A stretch of 64,000 nucleotides of DNA from Blastocystis sp. Blastoise (GCA_039096225.1 JBBPEB010000026.1:248001-312000); one strand, 5' to 3'; numbered from the stretch's first letter, positions 34,912-54,013 are shown. The notes: generated by a model from the sequence alone, not told the origin. Translations and numbers: made by a program.

Positions 34912-36501
34912 TTAAGCTCTTCCCCATACTTCATAATCTTCTACTATAAAATTATTTCTAGAATTAGCATTATCAGTATTCACAAATAATGATAATTTTT
35001 GAGGAGTATTCATTTCTGCATGGCGTGTTGAATAGCAAAATGAATTATTATTATTATGGCACTGATCATATATACAGATACCTCCAAATAATGGCCCGAA
35101 AGGAGAACCACAACATATACCATTACTTTTTTTATTACTTATATAATCATATTTAGTAGGAGGAATATTATGTTCGTTACTTAATGTAAATAGAAACTCT
35201 TTTGAATAAGGTTTCCAACCTATATATATGATATTGAATATTTTTATAAAATAAATATACCACTTGAACTATCCCAATTTTGATCTGTATATCCTCCAAA
35301 TATATTAATATGATTATCATGACCTATATGTTTGATTAGAGTCACTGTTTCTCCTTTATTATCACAATATTTATGGAATTTACTTCCAGAATAATGATGT
35401 TCACTTGCTCTATATATATAATTATAAAATATAATAAAATAATAAATACCTATATAATAATTTCCATCTCTTTTTAGTACCAAGCCAATACACTAAGGGA
35501 GCTTCAAAACATCTTTTTTCAATTATCGTTGAATTTGTAAAAACAACTAAATTTCCACTCATATCTGAATTAGCAGCTTTTCTTCCTTTTTCACCAAATA
35601 ATTCAACCATTTCTTTCTCTAATAATTCTTTATCAATATTTTCATTATTTTTATCATCTTCTACAACATATAAACAGCCATTCTTTATATATTGAGTAAT
35701 ATATTCTATATATTCATATTGTTTATTCATATATAAACTTTCATCACTAGGATTATAATCAATAAAACCATTATCATAATTCTTAACATATTCATTCCAT
35801 AATCCATTCTTAACTAAATATTCTTTAATAATATCATTTTTGTTTCCATTAATAAATAAAGAAACTTCATCTCGTTTCTTATATTTCTTCATCTTTGTAT
35901 CTCTTCTTTCTCTACAATCTATTAATTCTATAGGAATTACTAATCCACAAAATTCAAATAAATCCAATATTTCTAATTGTTCTTCATAAGAAAAAGAATC
36001 AAAATTTACTTTCTTTCCATTCAAATAGTCTATTAAATAATAAATAAAAGCATCATTTCCAGGATAATCAAGAAATATAGATCCATCATTTGTTCTATAT
36101 TCTTCACCACGTTGTTCTTCAATAAAAGAACCTTTTAAAGAATCTAAAACAGATTTCGATATTTGAAAGATGGGACCATTATTTGTAAATCGAATAGTAT
36201 CCATTTTTTCATCATCACATTCATCAGGGTATCTACGTTTATTTTTATAATTATTCTCCACACTTTCTTCAGGAGAATCATCGAAAAAAGAAAAGTTACC
36301 AACTATTTTAGTTTTATTTTCACTATAATCATCTGCAATATGTTTTATAAGTCTATTAATCGACATTCCAGAATGTATACCAAGATTCATTACAGAAGAG
36401 AAAACATTAATAATATCTTTCATCAATTCTTCATATACATTGATATCCTCCTTCAATCTATTGAATTTATCAATACCAAATAGCATCTTTTCTTTCACCA
36501 T
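34912..36501 (-). CDS. BTB/POZ-like x2 + TLDc protein, 3 exons, intact (paralog A)
   Basis: Long exon 1 with KCTD-type BTB-like motifs (DGSIFLDY..YLIDYL..LFEFCGL). TLDc motifs WKLLYRAS, FHKYCDNKGETVT, FGGYT, FLFTL, GPLFG and YEVW. Confidence 0.88.
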
Positions 36502-38074
36502 TAATGAAATAATGCTAATTAAAAAAAATAATTTATTTCCCTTGTTTATTTTTGCTTTTACAAAAAAATCTTTTGTTTCTTTGTTATTCTCTTATTATTC
36601 ATATAGAATTATTAATATTATATTAAATAATTAGTATCCAATAGGATCTACAAAAATCTGCTAAGAATTCCTTAGAATAAAAAGTTTTTGTGGATCTTCA
36701 CTTCACCTATTACTTTAAATAGGTGATTGAATATTAATAAAAAATATAGATGATGCTAGAGACAGAATGACATGCTTAATTAGTATATATCTCTTGATTA
36801 TTTTTCATTTTGACTAATAATTCTTCTATTTTAAACATATATATTTCTATTTTTATTTATAATATATTTATACATTTATATCTGATAATTATTACTTATC
36901 CAGAGATGAATAGCTATATTTTCTACTTAATCATTCCTAATTTCTGACTGAATTTAATGAATTTTTATTTATTTTTATATCATATTTATGAAGTATATTT
37001 CCATTACTCATATAAAATCTCTTCTATAATCTTTATGTACGAAAATTTCTACTTTTATTTTTATCTTATTCTAATTATTCGTCCACTCCTATTTCACACT
37101 ATTTTATTCTCTTTATATTTTATAAAATAATTGATTAAGATATTCAAATTATCATATTTGTATAGATACTAAATTATCTATATGATGAATAATAACTATT
37201 TTTGATATTCTCTTCAAAGTTATTATTGATAATAAATACGTATTACATATATTTATGTCGATTGTCTATTAATAGAAAGATACATGAAAAAATAATATAT
37301 GGTTTTATTTTACCTATACATTGACCATAACTCTCTTTTAATATTTTATATTAAAAGATTATTTAATAATTATAATAATTTTAACATGAATTCAATCACG
37401 TAATATTTTGTTACTCTCATTGTTTTTTTATTAATAAAATATTTTTCTTGCCTATATATAGTACTACAATTATGCTTGCATTCATTAGTATTTATTTTTA
37501 GTTATATATATACTAATATCTCATTATAAACTATTATATATATTGAAAATGAAAAATGTGATTCATTAAATTATATATATAAATTATTTTATAACAATTT
37601 TTCAATAATAATTTTTTAAATATAAAGAATGTTATAAAAGAATTGTAAATTAAATGTGAAATAATAAAAAAAATTTTCTTCATACACTAATTATATGTTT
37701 TTTTAATAAAATCATGAAAGTTTCCTCTTTAATTATATACAAACAATTAAAATAAGATTTCTAGCCATGATTGAGGTTATCATTGTAATAATTAAAATTC
37801 TTTAAAGATATGTATATAGTTTACACTTCGTAGATATTATAACAATAAATTCATAATAAGTACAAAATAGATTTTATATATATATGTTGTATATATGTTA
37901 CTAAAATATATATTTTATTGAATCACTACTATTTTCTTTTTTTCAAATAAAACAAAAAAAAAAAACATTAAAATATATATATACTTCATAAAAATACAAA
38001 AAATAATTATGACAAGAAATTATAAAAAACCATGTTAACTAAAAATAAATATATATTCAAAGCATTTAATATAC

Positions 38075-42251
<4,177 letters not shown>

Positions 42252-42547
42252 GGTAGTAATTGAACTATACTAACATAATGAGTTCAAGAATCATATAAAA
42301 AAATAGGTATACAATAAATATAGGATAATTGATTCCTAAAAATTCACTGAAACTAATGAAATTAAAAGAGACTTATGAAAAATACAAAACAATTTAATAG
42401 TCAAATCTTTCGAATAAAACATGAAAAATAATGAAAAATCACTAACAAGATGTTTCATTCCTTAGATCAAATCTTTGCAAGTTTTAAATATTCTGTATTT
42501 AATAAAGAAAAAAACATTTTTTTTTATCATTTTAATCTCTTTTTACA

Positions 42548-44881
42548 ATGATAAAAGAAGGAATTTTATTTGACTTAGATTCTTTGAATCAAGTTAAAGA
42601 AGCTGTTAGTGGTTTAGATGAATTGATGAAGAAGATTACTGAAGGATTCACTTCTATCATTTCTTTGACTCTTTATTCTGGTCAAAAACTTCAAGGTGCT
42701 CTTAATAATCTAGATGATGATTGTGTTCAACGAGGAAGTGATAAATTCTCAAAATTGAAATATTTTCTTGATAATGCTCAGGGGAAAACTACTACAAAAA
42801 TAAATACGAGTAATATTAATGATACTGAACTTATTCGCTTCACTGGGAATGGCCCTCTATTTTCTTTATCGAAGAATATTATCAATTCGATTCCTTATTC
42901 CTATATTTATGAGCAATCTGAAGAAGTGTTGAGAACGAGTGATGGAAGTATTTTCCTTGATTATCGAGGAAACGATGCATCTGTTTATTATTTATTAGAT
43001 TACTTGAATTGTAAAGTTGTAGATTATAGTCAGATTGAGTCTCGAGAACAATTAAAGTTGCTTGAATTATTTGAATTTTGTAATTTACCAATTCCAATAG
43101 AATTATTAGAATGTAAAGAAATGAGAATTACAAAACAAATGAAGTTTAAAAAAGGTGATGAAGTGTCTCTATATATTAATGGAAATAAGTATGATATAGT
43201 TAAAGATTATTTAGTAAAGAATAATTTATGGGAGAATTATATAATGAACTATAAAAATGGATATGTTGATTGTGATTATATTCATGATATTATGTCTATG
43301 AATGTGAGCTATAAATATATGAAGTATATTACTGAATATATGAAAAGTGGTTATCTTTATATAAAGAAAGAAGAAATCAATAATATAGATATTAGCTTAT
43401 TAGAGAATGAAATGTATAGTATATTTGGTGATCAAGGGAAAAAAGCTGTTAAAACATATTTGAATGGAATACCAACTGTATTTACAGATTCAATGATAAT
43501 TGAAGAGAAATTTTTTGAAACCCAATTAGTGAATTTGTTAGGTAAAGAAAAGAAATGGAAATTATTATTTAGGTATGATTATTATTATACTGTTATTTAT
43601 TATCTATATCTATAGAGCAAGTGAACATGAATATAAAGCAAGTGAATTCCATAAATATTGTGATTATAAATGTCCTACTGTGACTCTTATTAAACATATT
43701 GGTCGTAATAATAAAATTAATATATTTGGAGGCTATACTAGTCAATATTGGGATTCCATAACTGAAAAAGGTATACAATATATATATATGACACTACTAA
43801 ATATACATGATTCTATATATAGAATATAAATATGATGATAAATCTTTCTTATTTACATTAAGTAATGAACATAATATTCCTCCTTCTAAATATGGTATAC
43901 TAGATCCTTATAATGCATTATATTGTAATAAAATAAGTGGTCCTGATTTTATGAATATATGTATTAGTGACGATTGTCATAATAATGAGAATAGTTTTAT
44001 TAATGAACGAACTGGTATATATTCTCATAGTTTTATTCCTCAATCTGCATCTTTATTTGTGAATACAGCTGGACCAAATGAGTCTAATTATTTTACTGTT
44101 GATGAATATGAAGTATATGAATTAATTCCAAAATCTGATTTATATTTACCAGATTCAATTCTTGTTACTAAAGAAATGGGTATTAAGTTAAGTAATTGGT
44201 TTGATGAAGATAAAGAATGGGAATTATTATATAGGTATATTCTATTATTTTTTATATTATTTATATGTTTCATATATTCATTATATTCTTATTATATAAT
44301 AATAATAATTATTATATATAGATGTTCTGATGAGAATAGAAGTGTAAAGAAATGGCATGAGAAATGTGATGATAAAGAATCATTAGTGATTATACAAGGA
44401 AAAGGAAAAGATGGTCAATCTTATATATTTGGAGGATATACTAGTGTTGGCTGGGGAAAGAATCATATAGATGAAATAGATGAATATGATAGTATATATA
44501 TTATATGAAATATATATATATATATATATTTCTTTAGAAAGTATAGGATGTAGAATAGATTCAAAAGCCTTTTTATTTTCATTAACAAATCCTCATGGAC
44601 ATAATTATACTAAATTAAATATTAATCCTGAAAACTCAGAATGTGCATTAATTAGTAATAATTCTAATTGTGAACTCATATTTCTTAATGGTATATATTT
44701 AAGGACTAAGAGTGATGATGATCAATTTTTAGATGGTAGAAGTAGATATTTATGTAGTAATGATCCAGTATATATATCTCCTTATCCTGAATTAGGAAAT
44801 AGTTTCTTTGTTAATACTAATAAACCTGATAAGGATAATATCTTTGATTTAATTGATTTTGAAGTATTTACAAGCATATAA
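42548..44881 (+). CDS. BTB-like x2 + two tandem TLDc domains, 5 exons, intact (paralog B)
   Basis: 355-aa first ORF is homologous to paralog A. TLDc1 runs WKLLFRAS..FGGYT..EYEVY and TLDc2 runs WELLYRCS..WHEKCD..FGGYTSVGW..AFLFSL..DFEVF. Confidence 0.88.
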
Positions 44882-45432
44882 GAATATATGATGTGTATTC
44901 TATTCTTATTTTTTAAATATATTTTTAAATAATTATTATATATAATTTTTTCTATTCATATTAAAGTGTATATATCGTTAATAAAAAAAAATTTATGTAT
45001 AAATTATATATATATGTTTTATCTTATATTTATTTGTTTCTGTTTTCGTTATTATATAATATATACTATTTTTGTATACTATTTTATTATAGTATTAATT
45101 GTTTTTTTACTTTATTCTTATTAGAATATATTATTTTTTTTAGTATTATTAACATTACAATGTAGTAACATTTTTTCTTTAATAATAATTATCTATTATA
45201 AAATATTATATATTAAATAAAATGTCTAGATATCTTTTTTATGATAACAGTGATATGCAATTCTATTATATATGTCACAATTACTAAACATATAAGAAAC
45301 AACATAAATGAAAATTGATTATAAAAAAGTAATAACTTCTAATATAAATATAAAAAACAAGAAATATATATTTTCAGAGTATTTCAAATAGATTCATTCA
45401 TATAATAGAATATAATAGATATATAATATATA

Positions 45433-47021
45433 TTAAACTCTTCCCCAAACTTCATAATCTTCTACTTTAAAGTAGTTCTTTTTATTTGGACGAGCAGTAT
45501 TAACAAATAAGGATGATTTTTGAGGAGTATTTATCCATGTGAAAGAAGAAGCTTTTGTATATACATATTCATTTCCAGTATCACATCCATCATCTAATGT
45601 AATATCCCTACCATCTCCAAATACAGGACCCCAAGAAGAAGAACAACATATACCACAACCATTACCATTATGTAGATATTGAGTAGGAGGAATACCATGT
45701 TCATTACTTAAGGTAAATATAAATTCTTTAGAAGCAGGTTTATTACCTATTGAAAAGAATATAGAATATTTATATATATGGATTGTCATATATACAGTTG
45801 TTTCTTCTAGATTCCCAACTTTGATCTGTATATCCTCCAAATATACTAATATGATTATTATGACCTATATGTTTGATTATAGTCACTGTTTCTCCTTTAT
45901 TATCACAATATTTATGGAATTCGTCTCTTCAATAATTATGTTTACTTGCTCTATATATATAATTATATAATATAATAAAATAATAAATACCTAAATAATA
46001 ATTTCCATTTCTTTTTAGTACCAATCCATTTCATTAAGGGAGTTTCAAAACATCTTTTTTCAATTATTTTTGAATTTGTAAATACAGTTGGGTTTCCCAT
46101 CATTTCTTCTGTCACAGCTTCTCTTCCTTTATCACCAAATAATTCATTCATTTCTTTATCTAATAATTCTTTATTAATATCATTAATCATATCTTCTTCT
46201 ATATCTATAGTTCCATTATTCACATATTCAGTAATATATTCTATATATTCATATTTCTTATTCATATAAAAACCTTTATCTATAGGTTTATAATTAATAA
46301 ATCCATTATCATAATTCTTAACATAATTATTCCATAATTCATTCTTTACTAAATAATCTTTAATAATATCATTCTTTTCTCCATTAATAATCAAAGAAAC
46401 TTCATCATCTTCTTCATATTTCTTCATCTTTCGATCTCTTCTTTCTCTACAAGCAACCAATTCTATAGGAATTACTAATCCACAAAATTCAAATAAATCC
46501 AATATTTCTAATTGTTCTTCATAAGAAAAAGAATCAAAATCTACTTTCTTTCCATTCAAATAATCTAATAAATAATAAATAAAAATATCATTGCCTCTAT
46601 AATCAAGAAATGCAATTCCATCATTCGTTCTTTTTTCTTCTTCACGTTGATCATCTATAAAAGAACCTTTCAAAGAATCTAAAACAGATTTCGATATTTG
46701 AAAGATGGGACCATTATTCGTAAATCGTATCAAATCCATATCATTATCATCATTAGTATTCATATTGACATTCATATCTTCATTATTATTATTTTCATAA
46801 ACACATTTCTTTTCAAATTCATCACTTTCACCTTCTTGTTCAATACAATCATTTCCAATATGTTTTATAAGTCTATTAATCGACATTCCAGAATGTATAC
46901 CAAGATTCATTACAGAAGAGAAAACATTAATAATATCTTTCATCAATTCTTCATATACATTGATATCCTCCTTCAATCTATTAAATTTATCAATATCAAA
47001 TAACACCTTTTCTTTCACCAT
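45433..47021 (-). pseudogene. BTB-like x2 + TLDc (paralog C) with an in-frame TGA in exon 2
   Basis: Close paralog of A. Exon 2 reads RASKHNY*RDEFHKYCDNKGE (TGA = complement of 45929-45931); the downstream frame is open and conserved. Confidence 0.75.
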
Positions 47022-47695
47022 TTCTAAGGAAAAAAGAAAACAAACACTTTGTAACTCCTCAAGAGAATTTTGTTTTTACACCGTTCTTCATACACTTTAC
47101 CGTAAATCTAATTTTTTTTTGTATTTTTTTTGTATTATACCTTCTCTAAAGAATTGCAATTCATATAGTAAATTGCTAATTAATGATAATATGTATATTC
47201 GTAAGAGTTTGATTATATGGAAGAAACACTCTTTGAGAATGGGTATTAGAAATTAAATATGAATATCTCCAGCAATAAATATGGTTCAAAATATCTGATT
47301 ATGATATAAACTTTATTATATTTCAAATTTAAACATCAGTGAATGTTTTCATCTATCGTTTCTAAAATAATCTTTAAAATGAATAACTAAATAACATGCA
47401 TTGTCTGAAAAAGCATTATATAGTATTGAAACGATTATTTGAATCATTATTTATTTTAATATTATGATAAAAAGGCAATAATTAAATTGATTGTACTTTT
47501 TAGTTTATAGAATAAACAGAAATATACATATGTACAACTAATACATTATATACATATACAGTTGAAACTGAAAACGAAGATTGATTATAATAATAATATA
47601 GAGTATAATAATAGAATGAATAATGTTCGTTTTATTACAAATTGGAGAATATCATAATATATAAAAGAATATGAACATATATATATTATAAAAAG

Positions 47696-50600
47696 TTATA
47701 TTGTAGCATTTGAAGGAATAAGATTTGTTTTCATATTTGTTTCTGTAGAATGCTCATATTGTTGTTTTGATAGCATCTGTACTTCAGAATTCTTTCTAGA
47801 TTGAGCTATTAAAACATTTTTGACGGTATAATGTTCACCATTGAGTCGAGGAACACGATGAGAATGATGTCTCTTTCTAGAGAATAAATAAGATAGATTT
47901 TAGATCCTATAATAAGAGCGAATATATATATAGAATATATACATAATGATGACAATACTACAAAGAGTAATAAACACGAGACAGCTTATTAAAATAATAA
48001 TAATAAATGTATTATCTTTAGGAGGAGAAGGTTTATATGTTGTCTTATGTATGCTTCCAAGGACATCCACTATATATAATATAGCATTATAGATATATAG
48101 TAGATAATATTAATTATGAATAAATGAATTATTTATTATGAATAAATGAATATTTTACAAAAAAGTCATAAAATCATTAAATAATAAATAATAATAAATA
48201 GAATAATAAATAGAATATAAATAGAATAATGAATATAAAAATAAATAGAATAATAAATAATATATAAATAGAATAATAAATAGAATAATAAATAGAATAA
48301 TAAATAGAATAATAAATATAATACTATATCTATACAATGACAAGCACTTGTAGGAGTGGCTATCCCAATTCGATCATGTTCTTTATCAAAAATAGTTGTA
48401 AATGCTCTCATCATAGTAGCGCCAAATACATTTGCATCCTATTTATATGAAACATATATATACAATTAAAAGCAAAAAATATTAAAAAAAAAATTTTATT
48501 ATCCAAAATAAAAAAATAAAATTTTTTATTATCCAAAATAAAAAATAAAATTTTATTATACAAAATAAATTATATACTAAGCCATGATGTCCAATATCTC
48601 TGATTCCAAAACAATAATAATTTGTATTATTTTCAGTATATTTCAAAAAATAGACTTCTGGTGAAAGAGAAAGATATACTCCATTAAGGTATATATCTAA
48701 TGTTGGCCATTCAGAAGAAGGAGGATCATCTAAGCATTCATCTGAGAATATATTTGGTTTATCACAAACATCTGTATAGAATAGATATATATACTATCAA
48801 AAAATATAAAATATAGATAATGAATAAGATATATATGTTATTAAATATATATATTCTTAACATGAATAATTTTTAAAAAATAAAGGAAATAGCATATATA
48901 TATAATTAAAAATGAAATAATACAAAACAATAGATATAGAAAACAATATACAAGGAAGATGACAATAATTCGTCTGAAAGTAGTTTTTAATGGAATTAAA
49001 GAGATCAGTTTGAAGTAAAATTAGAGTAGTACCAATATCAAATAGAGTATATAAAGGTTCCTAAATATAGATAATGAGCAATGAAAGTAGTGTAATTGTA
49101 TTATACAATAAAAACAAATACATACATAATATATAATGAAAATATATTACATATATACATACATTCAACAGGAATACAGATTTGCCATTTATTCTAAAAT
49201 CATTCACTTCTAAAGTATAATAACCATCTAAAAATATATCTATCCATGTAATATTACCAGTCTATAGGTATTTATATAGTATTATAATAAATATAAGTAA
49301 AAGCAAAAGGATAATAAATATTTTGAGTATTATTTAGTGTGTATATAAAATATGTTATTATAAACAAAAATAGAATAGTGTCGTATAGCATTTTTGAACA
49401 TATATATAAATAAATCAAAGAAATTATGTTATAAATGAATGAATATAATTATATACATAAAGATCTTCATCAATTCCTCCATATGAAAGAACTCCTTTTG
49501 TATTTCCAAAACATATTGTAAACATACTCTTTGTTCCATTTATATTTTTAATCATTGAATCAAAATAATTATCAAAGCAAGAAGGATTACAGAACTTTTG
49601 ATAACTCAAACCTAAAAGGCCATCAGAACTATCTATACTACCATAGGCAGACCTATATGAATATAATATTATATATAATAAATAAAATAATTATTAAATA
49701 ATAATTATTAAATAATAATTATTAAAAATAATTATTAAATAATAATTATTAAAAATAATTATTAAAAATAATTATTAAATAATAATTATTAAAAATAATT
49801 ATTAAATAATAATTATTAAAAATAATTATTAAAAATAATTATTAAAAATAATTATTAAAAATAATTATTAAAAATAATTATTAAATAATAATTATTAAAT
49901 AATAATTATAAAAAATAATTATTAAATAATAATTATTAAATAATAATTATTAAATAATAATTATTAAAAATAATTATTAAATAATAATTATTAAATAAAA
50001 ATAAAAACGATAAATATATACTCTAAATAGCCAACATAAATAGGAAATGAAGGAGACCATCCTGTTGTTGTTTGAATCATAATATTCTCTTGAATCATAC
50101 TTCCATAGGCTCTATAAAATAATAAAGAATAATAAAAGAATTATAATAAATAGTATACTAAAAAATAAAAATGTAAGAAATATAATAAATAATAATAAAT
50201 ATATTTATATACGAATGTTGTGATATAGTGCCAAAACTAAATCCACAAAGAGATTTATTATTTTTTGCACAACAAGCATTTGTTGATGCATGACAATCAC
50301 CAGCACAATCACTAGTTGTACAAGTATCTATATATATAATTATATAATTATAAATAATTAAAATAAATTCTTAATAATTATAAAACACAATATATATATA
50401 TATGTATTGAAAAATAAAACATCACATAATAAGTATACTTGGAGTACATAGAGAGCTGCCACAGCTTATCGGAACCATAGTTGTAGAATTGTTCATATCA
50501 TAGGGATTTGAAGAAGCCTAATTTAATTAGTAATTTGATATTTAATAATTGTATACATGACTACATCCAGAACATGTCTTAGCGTTTAAATAGCTGACAC

Positions 50601-50844
50601 CATTAGCTAATTCCTAAAGAAGATATTATTACTCAATGTTATGTAGATCGTTACCAGAAACATCTTTGCTGGATTTTTTTGAGATCCAACTGTGATATCG
50701 ATGTAGTATAGTCCATGAACAATATTGCCGCTTAGATCGCTTTTTATTAAGGTCGAAGCCTATTAAACAATTAGACTAACCTAATTCTTATATTACTTGT
50801 AGTTCAACAAGAAAAAGGGCAGATATCAATATCAAAAAACGCAT
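47696..50844 (-). CDS. Pepsin-family (A1) aspartic protease homolog, type I membrane, probably catalytically inactive; multi-exon
   Basis: Signal peptide MRFLILISALFLVELQA, then YYIDITVG, SDGLLGLS, FTICFG..GVLSYGG, DIGTT, YCFGI, VFGATMMRAFTTIFD..RIGIA, and a C-terminal TM. The first DTGS motif reads ELAN. Confidence 0.85.
49687..49995. repeat. Tandem array of an 11-12 nt unit containing the palindrome AATAATTATT, in an intron
   Basis: (ataattattaaaa / ataattattaaata)n seen directly. Confidence 0.9.
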
Positions 50845-51697
50845 TTCTGAACAATCAAATAGTGTATAAAATAAAACTATTTTTATATCTTATTTTTTAT
50901 CAACAATGACAAAAAGATTTCGTCCTTTTTCTGTACATTATTGGGATACCTATATTTGTCATTCAGGTGCACACAATAACAATTCGCTCCGTAAAAAAAT
51001 GATCGAAATTTCCATGAAACCTTATCTTATTTTACTCAAATTTTTTAAAATTCCTAAAAAAGATTTTTTCAGTATTCAAATCCACAGTACCCAATTTCTT
51101 TAAGAGGATTCTCATTTATAGGTTTTCTAAATAGCTTCATACTTCATGAGTATTATTTATAATTCATACTGATCATAGTAAGACAGAAAGCTTGTATTGA
51201 AACCAAAATAAAAGAGGCAAATTGGTGTGTTATCTCTTATCGTGTATCATAGATTGTTTAAAATATACTCTATATGAAGTATTAATACTATTCAAGATAT
51301 ACCTTGAATGAAGAGAATACAATATACATATATTTTTGTTTTTGAAATTAATTTTTGAAAATGTGAGTTAGTCTTTGTTTTTTACTATTCGGATATAAGA
51401 TAAAATATCTTGTGCATTATAAAAGGAATTGATAGATCTGTAGAAGAACATGAATTAGGGATAGTGAAACAAATACTTGTAGATTATACGTTTTAGCTTC
51501 CATAAATAAAACAGTCAAGTGTTGCTTCATATAAATATAAATTTTTATAAAATTCATACAGAAGATAAGAAATGAATAATAGATAGAAAGATTGTTTGCA
51601 TAAAAAATAAATTTTTAGCTAAAAATACGAAAAAACTACGGTAATAGAGTTATTTTGATACATTTCTTGTTTATTGTGAACACAGAAACTATTTATA

Positions 51698-53933
51698 ATG
51701 GGTATAAGGGGTTTAACTAAGTTTGTGTCTGATAACATCACGAAATTCTCATCAAAACCGTAAGTTTCTGGTTTCTTTAGGTCAATTTCTATAGAAGAGG
51801 CATCTCCATACCAGTTATTGTTGATGGGAATGCCTTGAAGCATTTCACATATCATCATCTAGATAAGTCAAGTCCTGATTCATGTGATATTGCTGTTTAC
51901 GAGTACTTATATGATTTTTTTATGAAGTTAAATCATCTAAAAATTAACGTGAATTGTATATTATTTGATGGAATGATTGTAGAAAGCAAATTCAACACTA
52001 TTTTAAGTCGATCGAAAGATACAATGAAGGAAAGTATCAAATATTTTAATCAATTTGATGGCCAAAGTAGGGTTTATTATATTTATTTTTCACTAAAAAA
52101 AATGAAATATTATTATATATAGAAAGTCCAACAACATTCGCATGTAATTTTCAAAAGGTTATTCTACAGTTAAGTACTGCTTCTCCTTTCAACTTTGAGG
52201 TTATAGTATCTTCAGATGATGCAGACAAGTATATATTAAATGAAGAACGATAATATTAAAATAATAATTATAGGCAAATTGCAACTTATGCAAATAAAAA
52301 TAAATGTTATGTAATCAGTGAAGACAGTGATTATTATATTTATAATATTCCAGGATATATTCAACTCTCTTCGATTTCTAAATTAATAAATAGAAAAAAT
52401 TGTATGTTAAATAATAATAGTATTAATCATATACTCTATAGTAGAAAGACAATCTGTATATGCCTATAATTCACGGTTATTTGCTAAATATTATAATATT
52501 CATCCATGGTCACTTCCTTTATTTGGTGCTCTTGCAGGCACAGATACTTATAAATGCTGTTTCCCTAGACAACAATCTTGTAGTATCTATATATTATTTT
52601 TTATATATATTTTTTAATTTATATTTTTATAACTTATATTTTTGTTATTTTTCTTATTATTATGGCTTTATTTTTTTTTAATCATATTATTATAACTTTT
52701 ATATTATAGTTATTATTTATATTTTTTTTACTTTAGTTATTTATTATTATTATTATTATTTTTTTTTATTTCTCATCATATTTATAACTTATATATATAT
52801 ATAGATAATTTGAGTACTATTTTAGAGATAATGTCTGAATATCAAGATGATGATGATGAATTATATAAACATATTTTTCATACAGAAAATATCGCTATTA
52901 AAGACATTGAAAATGATGTATATATATATTATTATTATTATTTCTTTTAAACAATATTTTTTTTTTCTTATTGATATATAATTATTCTTATAGTTTAGTG
53001 AGAATATTGTTTTAATCAATATATATATATAGCTTCTAAAAGGAAAAGAAGAGTTTTCTATTTCTAAATATGATTATATATATCCGAATTGTATTATTCC
53101 TATGGCATATATTGGCGATAAACAAAAAGAAACCATTTTAGAATTAATCAAAAACCCATGTATATATATATATATATATATATAATTTTTATTATATATT
53201 TATGTATTTTCGAAAATTATTCCTTCACATATATATAATATATTATTAGTTATATATTGTGGATTATATATTATATATTATATATATAGATTGTTCACGA
53301 ATTTTAGAGTATATGAAAACAGGTGTAATTCCTTCCAAATTTACACATTTCATTTTCCACGGGATTTTAAACTTTTCTATTCCACGATTAGAAGATCAAG
53401 TACATACATTAGAGACTATAAACTTTATTGAAGTTTTATGTAACAAAATGATTAAGCAATATATGAAAACATACCGTCCCAAATATCAATTTTTTAGTTT
53501 AAATACAATTAACGATATAATTCTAGATGAAACTAATATTATAAGGTATATATATTATACTCTATATTATATATTTTATTATATATTATGTATATTATAT
53601 TATATATTCTATATTATATATTTTATTATGTATTATTTATAGTATATTATATATATTCTATTATATATTCTATTTTTTATATTCTATATTCTATATTCTA
53701 TATTCTATATTTTATTATATATTATGTATCTTATATTATATATATTCTATATATAGAATAGATAGGTGTTTAAATGATATGTCAATTAATTATATGAACA
53801 TTAATTCATCAATAAATGAAATGACTACATTATTAGGTATTGAAACATTTATAACGGACACAAATAGTTATATATATACACATATCATTGACGTCAATGC
53901 TGTACTTGCATTACTGTATATATATATATATTT

Positions 53934-54013
<80 letters not shown>

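Noticed and set aside
45929-45931. TGA as selenocysteine or a reassigned codon
   Set aside because: The aligned residue in paralogs is Ser/Lys rather than Cys/Trp, Trp is coded TGG throughout, and no SECIS was recognised.
51619-51858. 79-aa minus-strand ORF with plausible composition
   Set aside because: It is antisense to ASTE1 exons 1-2, which explain the sequence.
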